NCBI GenBank assembly: GCA_918797485.1
Contig: CAKKNE010000006.1
Coordinates: 2,418,001-2,482,000, forward strand
DNA length: 64,000 nt
Direction: 5' to 3'
DNA from: Pelagomonas calceolata
Taxonomy: Eukaryota
Shown here: piece by piece, positions 31,031 through 39,623 of the stretch
Layout: every line of letters begins with the position of its first letter
Position numbering within the stretch: position 1 is the stretch's first letter
Program-made: the position numbers and the translations under genes
The notes under the pieces: generated by a model
What the model was told of the DNA's origin: nothing
Databases searched by the model: none
Seen by the model: the letters and a program-made list of their open reading frames with translations, nothing else

Positions 31031-31864
31031 ATGCTGCTGCAGCGAGTGGCACGCGCGCAAATCCGTCGAGCACAGCGCTCAGCTGCTCTCAGCACGACTG
31101 CACCGACGCTGCCGCCGAGCTGCGTCTGGCGTCCCTGCCCCCACGACGACCGCAGTCCCAATGCACCGGTCGTCGTCGTCTTCGGCTTTACGTCGTCAAC
31201 ACAAAAACAGCTCGCGAAGTACGCAAAGGTCTACCATGCGCTGGGGCTGGACGCCATCACCTGGGCCTGCCCGCCGCGCGAGGTGCTGCGGCCCGAGCGG
31301 TCGCGGGAGACCGCCGCGCGGCTCCTGGACGCGCTCCACGAAGATACTTTAATGAATCGGAATATAGTGCTCAACGGCCTGTCCGCGGGCGCCTACTCCG
31401 TCGGGAACACGTTGCTAGAACTCGATGCGCGGGGCGGGCGCGACGCGTTCTACGATAGAATAAAAACAGCAGTGTACGACTGCCCCGTGGACTTCGACGG
31501 CGTGCCCAAGGGCGTGTCGTCGGCGATGCTCGGTGAAGGCACGCCTCTCCAAAAGCTGGGTGAAAGCGCCATCCGACTTTACCTGTCGGCGGTCGATACC
31601 GAGAAGTGGGAGAGCTCGTCGGCCATGTTCCACGCGATGCCGCCCGCGCCGCCGTCGCTCTGGATCTACTCGCTGAACGACGAGATTTTAGATATTCCCT
31701 CGATCGAGAAGATGATCGCCAAGTGGCGGGCAAGAGGAGACGACGTGGAGACGTTGGTGCTGGACGAGTCGCCGCACGTGAAGAACCTGCTGACGGCGCC
31801 GGACGCCTACTACGACGCGGTGAGGACGCGCGTCGGCGACTTTCGGAGTAACAGTAATTCTTAG
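31031..31864 (+). CDS. TMEM53/DUF829 alpha/beta-hydrolase-like protein
   Basis: VVVFGF..KQLAKYAKVY, GLSAGA, YDCP, IYSLNDEI, ESPHV. Confidence 0.7.
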   Translation: MLLQRVARAQIRRAQRSAALSTTAPTLPPSCVWRPCPHDDRSPNAPVVVVFGFTSSTQKQLAKYAKVYHALGLDAITWACPPREVLRPERSRETAARLLDALHEDTLMNRNIVLNGLSAGAYSVGNTLLELDARGGRDAFYDRIKTAVYDCPVDFDGVPKGVSSAMLGEGTPLQKLGESAIRLYLSAVDTEKWESSSAMFHAMPPAPPSLWIYSLNDEILDIPSIEKMIAKWRARGDDVETLVLDESPHVKNLLTAPDAYYDAVRTRVGDFRSNSNS

Positions 31865-31883
31865 TAAAAACATGCGTACATCA

Positions 31884-32585
31884 TCAGCCGTAGGCGAGGT
31901 CGTCGTCGTCCGTGCCGCCGAGGTCCCTCCCGTTGCGTCTTAACCATCTCCGTTTGTGCGCGACGACGGCGCCAGCGCCCTCCACAGCACTCTCGGCCGA
32001 CCGCGCGTCGAGCGGCTCGTTCGGTAATGCATCCAGGGACGGGTCCGCGACGAATGTGATGGGCGCGGTCTCGAGGAACGCGGCGCCGCGCCGCGCGCGG
32101 GCGTTCTCCTGCCAGCGCCAGAACGCGTAGACGATGGGCCATTTAGTTATGGGCGTGGCGACGAGCGGCGCGAGCACCGGCGCCGTCGCGAGCCAGGCTC
32201 TGCTTCTCCACAAATGCTCGTTTTTGCGTGCCGCCGCGAGTTTCGCGAGCCGCCGCCGCACCAGCCGCTCGTCGAGCCTCGCGGGAAACCTAACCTCGAT
32301 CCTCGCCGGGTGGGGCCCTCCACCTAGCTCCACGAGGAACTGCTCGTCGGGGTCGCGCGAGGCGTCCAGGATCGTCTGTATCGTTCGCCGCGCGTAGTCT
32401 TTCGGCGAGTGGCGCGGCGCGTCCTGGAGCCGCGCCCACTGCTTCGCGGCCGTCTCGACGAAGGCGTCGTATGTTCTTTCCAGCGCGTTGCGCTTCTCGG
32501 GCGCGGCGCCGGGGCACCGCTTCGCGTGCAGCGCCCAGTGGCGGCGCAGCACGGGAAGCACCACTACTCTCGTGAGGCGTGGCAT
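31884..32585 (-). CDS. Mitochondrial K+/H+-exchange-related (Mit_KHE1-like) protein
   Basis: IEVRFP..LVRRRL..H..APLVATP..PIVYAFWR..A..GA..L pattern recalled for this family. Confidence 0.5.
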   Translation of the reverse strand: MPRLTRVVVLPVLRRHWALHAKRCPGAAPEKRNALERTYDAFVETAAKQWARLQDAPRHSPKDYARRTIQTILDASRDPDEQFLVELGGGPHPARIEVRFPARLDERLVRRRLAKLAAARKNEHLWRSRAWLATAPVLAPLVATPITKWPIVYAFWRWQENARARRGAAFLETAPITFVADPSLDALPNEPLDARSAESAVEGAGAVVAHKRRWLRRNGRDLGGTDDDDLAYG

Positions 32586-32905
32586 TGCTGCTCGGCGTTC
32601 CCAGACCTGAGCTAGGCTCCCAGAGGCGAGTGCGCCGGAGATGCTCTCCCGACTTGGAGATGCTCTCCCAGCTTTTGAGGCAGGGAGATGAGTTTAGAGC
32701 TCGCGTTTGCTCGCGATTTCGTGGCTTGGGGAAATGATCATCCACGAGGTGCCATTTTATGGCCCGGATGCGCGCCTGGCGAGGAGCACTGCGTTGAATG
32801 GAGCTGGGTGGCCTGCACTCGTAAATCGCGGGTTTTCTGGGATTTCGCGAACGCGTCGATGGCGCAAAGGCGACGCTCTTCAATCACAGAACAATTACAG
32901 CAGAC

Positions 32906-34457
32906 CTATCGCTGGAACCGCCCCCCGAACACGAGGTACCAGAGCGGCGAGGGCTCGGGCGGCGGCGGGTTCTTCAGCGCTTCGACGTCTTCGGCGTAGG
33001 GCTCGCAGATGGCGCGTGCGTACGAAGGAACATGCCGCGTTGCGCGCGTCCCCATCCTATCGTCGCAGAAGAGCTGATTGCGGATGTAGTGGTAGTCGAT
33101 CGAATAACGTGCGAATTCGAGACCCGTCGGCAGCGTTCTCGCAATGACGTCCGCGAGAATGTTCGCGACGAACGGCGGCGCGCCCTGGTTGCCGGCGACG
33201 AAGTCGGGTTCCAGCAAAGTCTTGACCATGGAGTCGCCTTGAACAGTCTTCACTGTTATTGATCGCCGGTCGCCCGTCGACGGCAGCTCGCGCCCGCCGA
33301 CGCCGCCTCGCTGCAGGATCTCGACCCGGCCGCTCGCGACCGCGGTGTCGAGCATCCTCCGCCCCCGCTCGTTCCGTACAGTAACCATGAGTGGTGCGGT
33401 CGTCATCTCGTCCCGCTTGGCATCGAAGGGCGCCCCCATGTACCCTACCACAACGTCCGCAAGACCATTGGTATAATCGAAGCAAGAGAAGCAGCTCGGC
33501 GCGATCGACGGCACACCAATGCTAGGAGGCAAGGTCATGTACGCAGGCTTCACCGTCTCCTCTTCATCAGAGCCTCGGAGGCGCGCGTGGACGCGGAAGT
33601 CGGCCATAAATTCGTAGGCCAGCACGTCGTCGGCGCGCTCCTCTCCGACCCCTGGGAGAGTGGAGACGAATTTTTTCGCGGCCTCGGGAGTGGGGGAGTT
33701 GTCGACGCAGTGCCTGTGCGCAAATCGACCAGTGAGTCAGGTGGCTCGCGTCGATGGCGTAGGAGAGCCGCAAAGTTGATTTGGGCACTGCGCAGTGCGT
33801 TCCTAGGACATACAGCTCGTCGAGGTTCAGCGCCTTCACAGGATCGCCTTTATTGATGCCTCTCAAAGCTTGCACCGAGCACCCGACGCCGCAGAACAGC
33901 AGCCTTTTTATGGACGCGTCGTCCCGCACCTGGTCCAAGATGGCCAACGAGGGACACAGCGACGGCTTGACCCTCCTACCGCGTAACACGTCCTCCTTTG
34001 TACGACACAACACGGGCTCGGGCGAGCCAAAACCATCTTCGGAAGAACCAGCAACAACAACCGCGTCGACCTCGCCCGCTTCCAACCAGGCGAGGGCTAT
34101 TCCAGTGGCAACCCCCGTCCACTGCGCCCCACCGACGTTGCCGCGCGCCAGCAGGATCTCGTCGTGGACCCCAAAATACGCTTCGTCCAAGTTACTGGCA
34201 TCGTAGGCGCGGCTCCGGCCGTGGACCCGCTCCTCGAGCCCTTCGGCCCTTGCCATGCCGTCGCCGATAAACGCGCAACTATCGGTCACGGACGCGATGC
34301 CGACGTCGGTCTTGCACAAACCACAATTGCTGCAGAGGTCCTTGGCCGGGAAGGCCTGGGGCCAGGCGCCGGTTATGGCCCGCGGGGTTGTTGTGGTCGA
34401 GAGGGCCTCGGCTGCGGCGAGCAGGAGGACCGCGGCGGCGGCGTGAAGCTGCGGCAT
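32906..34457 (-). CDS. HCAR: 7-hydroxymethyl chlorophyll a reductase / FrhB-family enzyme; exons 34457-33799 and 33713-32906
   Basis: PAKDLCSNCGLC, GAQWTG, CGVGCSVQALR, spliced VLGTHCVDNS, IAPSCFSCFDYTNGLADVVVGYMG, FARYSIDYHYIRN; signal peptide. Confidence 0.85.
33714..33798 (-). mobile_element. Introner-type GC-AG intron (85 nt; element 33714-33790; perfect 8-bp TSD GCACTGCG)
   Basis: cgcagtgc at 33706-33713 and 33791-33798 on +; imperfect TIRs; restores the HCAR frame. Confidence 0.9.
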
Positions 34458-34621
34458 TGCTCTGTGAGAGCTCTGCTGCAGTACAAGTTGTCACGCCGTA
34501 CGCGTCTCGAACGTCGATGCAATGCGTGCTGTGTACAACAGCAGCCCTGGGAGCACTAGTTCAGTACGACGGACGGCGCTAAGGTACGCAAATCTCACAC
34601 GCCAAGTTCACGCCAAGTGAG

Positions 34622-34643
34622 CTAGTGCCTTACATTCGCTAGC
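34622..34643. promoter_or_regulatory. CTAG-bounded upstream motif (reverse)
   Basis: ctagtgccttacattcgctagc, between divergent genes. Confidence 0.58.
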
Positions 34644-34747
34644 CCGAAAATTCTCGAGGCTGCCCCGCGGGGGATTGCGTGGATTATCCAGCGCGGCAGC
34701 CGGCTGCAGCAGCCCAGACGGTAGCCAGGGCGCCCTGACTCACACAC

Positions 34748-35590
34748 ATGGGGTGTAGCGCTTCGAGAAAAGAAGTAGGGGATATTGAACTCATTGTGAC
34801 GGGCGCGGGCAACCTGAGCGGGCGCTACGTGCAGCTTTCCGGCAAATCGTCGTACCAAGGCAAGCCATGGTGGCACAAGGATGGCCGGTTCAACGAAGAC
34901 CACGGCCGACAGGTCTGGTGGAACAAGGGCGAGTGGCGCGTCGGCTCGACGTCGGACCACTGGTGGGCGAATAAGAACCCAGCTCAGCCGCCCGCCTCAG
35001 GCGAGTGGCCGGGCTGGCACCAGAAGAACGCGCTGGGCGGGCCCTACCCGCACTTTGCCATCGCGGTACGCGAGCGGATAGGCGCTGGCGTTATGTCGAC
35101 GGAGGATACAGAGTCGCCACCGGACCAACCCAAGTTTACACGGGGTCGGTCGGGGTTGGGTTGGGTTTACACGGAGTCGGGGACGCAGAAGAGGTGCAAG
35201 CACTGCGGCCAGGCCCGGTCGCGGAGCATGTTCGTCGGGAAGCAATGGAAGAAGCCCCGGCCGACGTGCGTAGACTGCGCTTCGAGGCTGTCGGCGCAGA
35301 ACGCGACCGCCGAGCAGCCACCACCACCTCCGCCGGCGCGGCGCTGGTTCTCGCGCGCGGAGCCTGAGCCCTCGGCACCGAAATTTGAGGAAATGTACAA
35401 CCAGATAGCCGCCTGGTACAACGGGCTGGAAAACGCCGCGTTGCGCGCAAGATGGGGCCCGTTTCCGGACCCCGACGAATTCCAGACGTGGCCCGGCTTC
35501 GTCCGGGTCACTAACGCGTTCCTCGACGCCAGAATTAAAAAAAATAAACAAATAATTAATCAAGGAAGGAATATCCTAAAGAATTATTGA
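34748..35590 (+). CDS. Hypothetical protein with an N-acylation motif and a CxxC..CxxC knuckle
   Basis: MGCSAS start; CKHC..CVDC; Trp-rich segments. Confidence 0.55.
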   Translation: MGCSASRKEVGDIELIVTGAGNLSGRYVQLSGKSSYQGKPWWHKDGRFNEDHGRQVWWNKGEWRVGSTSDHWWANKNPAQPPASGEWPGWHQKNALGGPYPHFAIAVRERIGAGVMSTEDTESPPDQPKFTRGRSGLGWVYTESGTQKRCKHCGQARSRSMFVGKQWKKPRPTCVDCASRLSAQNATAEQPPPPPPARRWFSRAEPEPSAPKFEEMYNQIAAWYNGLENAALRARWGPFPDPDEFQTWPGFVRVTNAFLDARIKKNKQIINQGRNILKNY

Positions 35591-36058
35591 ACCATGACAA
35601 CTTAATAACCTAAGTAAACATCACTCCTCCACGGGAGCCGGAGCAGGGACCACCTCCCCCACGTCCTCGAGCACGGCCTCGACGTCGCGCGCCGACGACA
35701 CGTAGCGCACCGCGTCGTCGCCGTTGCTTGTTGTGTCGTGTGCTCCTCGTCGCTTGTTGCGTAAACTTGCTAGCGGTCGTAAAGATACTACCCTGCGCCG
35801 GCGCCTCGAGGAACATCGCAGGCAGGTGCGGAAGACTGAGGCGCGACTCGAGGCGGATCGCGCGCGCGTGCGAGAGACCGAAGCGCAGCTCGCGGCGCTG
35901 GCTTCGCAGGCTGAACAGGAGATGAAGGAGGTGGCGTCCGAACCCGAGGCGAGCCTCAGCCTGAGGCTTGGTACGGCGAGCAGGAGCCGATCGTGGAGGG
36001 CGTCGTCGTCGCACCTGAAGCGGAGAGAGGTAGATTAAGAAACAACAGATAGCATTAC

Positions 36059-38173
36059 TCACTCGACGGCGACCCGCAAATCAGCCACCGCCTTCGCCGC
36101 CCGCGGCTTCACCTCCTCGAGCTTCCAGCGCACCGTGCGATGCCACAATTCATCGTCGAGCACGAGCTCGCCGGACGCGCGCCGCTCCGTCGCGTAGACG
36201 GCGCCCTGCACGGACAGCATGAGCTTCGAGCACTCGCGGCCGGAATAGCCCTCCGTCTTCTTCGCCAGGGCGCGGATGGCCTCCTTCCGATCCAATGCAA
36301 TGCACACGTCCGGCGCCCGGAACCGCTTTAGTATTCGATCTAACAAACGGCCCAGTCTCGTGGAAGGCGCCGGGCGATCGAACGCCATCGCGAAGTATAA
36401 GTGCAGTAACTTTTCGCGCGCGCCCTCGTCCGGCAGCGGGATCTCCACGGCCTCGTCGACGCGATCCAGCACCGCCGCGTCCAGGTCACCGGGTCGATTC
36501 GTCGCGAGCACGAGCATGAAGGTGTACGAGGGATCCGACGTGTGGAAGAGAAACGCGTTCAATGCAGAAATGGCCTCCTCACTTAAATCAGGCCGCCCGC
36601 GATCGCATAAAGCCGCCTCGGCCTCGTCCACGAACAGCAGTAACCCTTTGGGGCTTCGTCGCGCCCAGTTCAGGATGGCATGAATTTCGGTCGACGCAGC
36701 AGCTCCGAGCGGCCCGACGTCGCCGCCGGACATAATAGCCCAATCTAAACCCGAAATCTGGGACAAGCGCCGCGCGACCATCGTCTTGCCCGTTCCTGGG
36801 GGACCGAACAACAGTAAGTGTCGTAGAGGTGCTCGCAGCTTGCGGGCGCCCCTAATAGATTTCGCGAGCTGGTCTAACCTTTTTCCGAGGTCTTCTGGCA
36901 GTATAATGCCGTCGGTGATTTTGGTCGTCTTCTCGACGCCACCTTGCCCGACCGTGACGTCGCCGTCGTGGCCGGGACCTCTCCTGAAGAGTAGGAGCGT
37001 CATGAGGAGCTTCCAGACCAAGCCTAAAGACCAGACCAGCAGCCCGGACATGGAGAACGAACTCTCTCTCACTAAAGCGGGCCGCATCAAATACTGCGTC
37101 AGGAGACGCCTCGCCAACAAAGCAGCTTCCCGCGTCGTAAAGTACCCAGCAGCTAGACCGATCAGCCCGAACACGAACCGTCGTAACCTTTCAGGATGGG
37201 TCTTGAGCGACTCCGCGGCTCTTTGCACCTCCGCGGCGACGGCCGTGATCGCCTCCAGGAGCTTCTGCCGCGTCTCCGCGCCGCGCGCCCGGATCATCCT
37301 GAGAGAAACGTCTTCATTTAATCGCTCCGCCTCTGCTTTTTGTCTTTCCTGTTCTCGCGCCACTTCAACAGCCGTTTCTTCTCTGAGTTTTTCTCTCGCT
37401 TCAGCTACGGTGAACTCGTCGAGGAGCTTCGCGAGCTGCGTCGACCTTCTAAGAGCTTCCAGGATCTTCTCCGCTTCCCTGGTGGCGTTCGCCGCGTCAT
37501 CTAGAGCAATCAAACCTAGTCTATGGTCCATCTCGCTGCGATCGATGGCTAAAGCATCGGCGATGGCGGCCGTCGCATTTCTAGTAGCAAATTCGTAGTC
37601 CGTCACATCGGCGTTCCGCCGCATCCTATGTTCAATATTCGTCAGTCGCGTCCTTAAAGCGGCGGTCTCCTCCTCGGCCAGTTCGCGGATCGGTCGTAAT
37701 CGAGCCGCCGTCGACCAGTTCGCCTGCAACACGTAGTCCTCGACCTCACTTAGCAGGGAAGTCGTCGAGAAGTGCGACTCATTGAGAGGCGCCGAGAGGT
37801 TCACGGCGTCCGGTACTGCACTAGCCAGGTACTGTAAGGTAGCTAAGGCATGCGTAAACACGACAGTCGTATCGACGACGCGCCGCGTCAAGCCGCCTTT
37901 CGCGCCCGGTACCGCTTCTTCTCTCGTTACTACCTCACCATACGGAGCAGCCAGTATCGCTTCCGCGTCTTTGGCTAATACACCATAGTGCACTCGACCC
38001 TGGATGGTATCATGGCTCATCTCGTACTTCTTTATCGGTATTTCCTTGATGAGCGAGACGGATTTTTTCAGATCAATATCATCATTCGTAGAACGGTAGG
38101 CCCACCAGGCGCCGCGCTCGTCGGCTGCCTTTGCTAGGGTGAGGAGCACCAGCCATGCGTGGGGGCAGCCCAT
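36059..38173 (-). CDS. ATAD3: ATAD3-like AAA+ ATPase with signal peptide and N-terminal S74/ICA-like region
   Basis: RPALVRESS, LLFGPPGTGKTMVAR, WAIMSGGDVGPLG, LLLFVDEAEA, ATNRPGDLDAAVLDRVDE. Confidence 0.8.
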   Translation of the reverse strand: MGCPHAWLVLLTLAKAADERGAWWAYRSTNDDIDLKKSVSLIKEIPIKKYEMSHDTIQGRVHYGVLAKDAEAILAAPYGEVVTREEAVPGAKGGLTRRVVDTTVVFTHALATLQYLASAVPDAVNLSAPLNESHFSTTSLLSEVEDYVLQANWSTAARLRPIRELAEEETAALRTRLTNIEHRMRRNADVTDYEFATRNATAAIADALAIDRSEMDHRLGLIALDDAANATREAEKILEALRRSTQLAKLLDEFTVAEAREKLREETAVEVAREQERQKAEAERLNEDVSLRMIRARGAETRQKLLEAITAVAAEVQRAAESLKTHPERLRRFVFGLIGLAAGYFTTREAALLARRLLTQYLMRPALVRESSFSMSGLLVWSLGLVWKLLMTLLLFRRGPGHDGDVTVGQGGVEKTTKITDGIILPEDLGKRLDQLAKSIRGARKLRAPLRHLLLFGPPGTGKTMVARRLSQISGLDWAIMSGGDVGPLGAAASTEIHAILNWARRSPKGLLLFVDEAEAALCDRGRPDLSEEAISALNAFLFHTSDPSYTFMLVLATNRPGDLDAAVLDRVDEAVEIPLPDEGAREKLLHLYFAMAFDRPAPSTRLGRLLDRILKRFRAPDVCIALDRKEAIRALAKKTEGYSGRECSKLMLSVQGAVYATERRASGELVLDDELWHRTVRWKLEEVKPRAAKAVADLRVAVE

Positions 38174-38630
38174 GATGGCTCAGGCTGGCGCGGCGCTGCG
38201 GAACGGTCGATCCGCTCGCCTGCAATGCGTCTGCGTGCCCGCGGCGACGGCGTTTCGCGTCGAGCGTCGAGCTCGAGCGTCGAGCGGAATTAAGGTGCGG
38301 GCTGCACCTAGTACCGGTCGGTCGGCGACGCGTGCCATCCCGTGCGCCGCCGAGCGGTGGCTCCCGGTGAGCGGGCCGGGCGAAGCGAGACCACGATTGA
38401 AACATACTAGCCGGCGTTGTGAGAGGCTCGGCGCTGTCGTCTCGCGGCAATTGGCCCGTGTTGGCACCGTCTGCGCGCCGTCTCCGGCGCGCGGACACCC
38501 ACGGGCAGCCTCCGGACGCCGCCGGGCAGCACAGTCTCACCGCGCGGCAGCAAGGCGAGGCAAAGCGCTCGTCTCTGATCTAGCGCCAAAGCCAAAGCGC
38601 TCAGCTGGCCTAGCGCCACAAGCGTAGACC

Positions 38631-39341
38631 ATGGCCCTCGTCATCCGCGACGCCTGGAGCGGCCAGCCGACGCACGCCATCTACGTAAGGCACGCGCACA
38701 TCCTGAAGCCGCTCTTCCACAGCGACCTCAAGCAAGCCTTGTTACATTCCACCTTTAGAAGGGTCATCCTCCGCAATAAACTGGGCATCAAGTTGGATGG
38801 GAGGACCTTCTCGTCATTAATAAGGGAGCTGGACCCGCGCTTCACGGGGTATGTGAAGTATGACTCCTTCGCGAGACACCTGCAGAAGGACTACAAGCTC
38901 GCGAAAGCTCTCGAGTTGCGCTTCGTCTCGGCAGAACAAGCGGGCAAGCCGACCTTCAAGAACGAGATGCGCACGTGGCGCAAGAAGGGCACTGTCAGGA
39001 GAGAAACGGTGGTCTCGAACAACAACCCCAGCTCGTTGGGTGTGGGTGTCACGCAAAGGCGACTAAGGAGAGAGCTCGTGCGGCAGATGTCTGCGCAAGT
39101 CCGGAGGGAGGAGGAGGAGTTCCGGATGATGAGCAAGCAGGAGAAGCGGGACTATCGCGCGAGGCAGCGCGGCGAGCCGATCAAGAAGAAGCGCGAGATG
39201 CTGAGACATGAAAAGACGGAGATCTTTGGCGCGGGCATTTTGATGATACTCCCTACCACTACTCGTCTCCCATCTACCGAAGCGAAGGACGCGTGGTCGA
39301 ACCCCAAGACGAAGCTCACGCTGCGCGGGCGCTTCGACTGA
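38631..39341 (+). CDS. Hypothetical protein with one EF-hand-like segment
   Basis: 236-aa ATG ORF; LIRELDPRFTGYVKYDSF. Confidence 0.5.
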   Translation: MALVIRDAWSGQPTHAIYVRHAHILKPLFHSDLKQALLHSTFRRVILRNKLGIKLDGRTFSSLIRELDPRFTGYVKYDSFARHLQKDYKLAKALELRFVSAEQAGKPTFKNEMRTWRKKGTVRRETVVSNNNPSSLGVGVTQRRLRRELVRQMSAQVRREEEEFRMMSKQEKRDYRARQRGEPIKKKREMLRHEKTEIFGAGILMILPTTTRLPSTEAKDAWSNPKTKLTLRGRFD

Positions 39342-39623
39342 GTTCTAGTCCTCCCTCCTTCCCGGCCGTAAGGGCTCTTTGAAGATAGTTCTCTTTTTTC
39401 GCCTAGTATGTAGCACGGTAGCATGGTCCGAGAACAAACAAAGCTTCGCGTGCTTTACAGCAACCGCATTGATTTGCGTTTTGTCACCGTTTAGGTGCTG
39501 ACGCGAGTAGTCAGTTACGTCACTCGCCGCCGAAACGAACACGCCTCGACGCGCACACACAGCGGACGAACAAGTCAGAGCCTCAGTGCCATTTTTAAAA
39601 CCGTGCGAAGCAACCTGCGCAAA

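Noticed and set aside
35724..36038. 104-aa coiled-coil-like ORF with a weak CTAG-motif match at 35769
   Set aside because: No ATG start and no recognisable domain; cannot be supported as a gene or promoter
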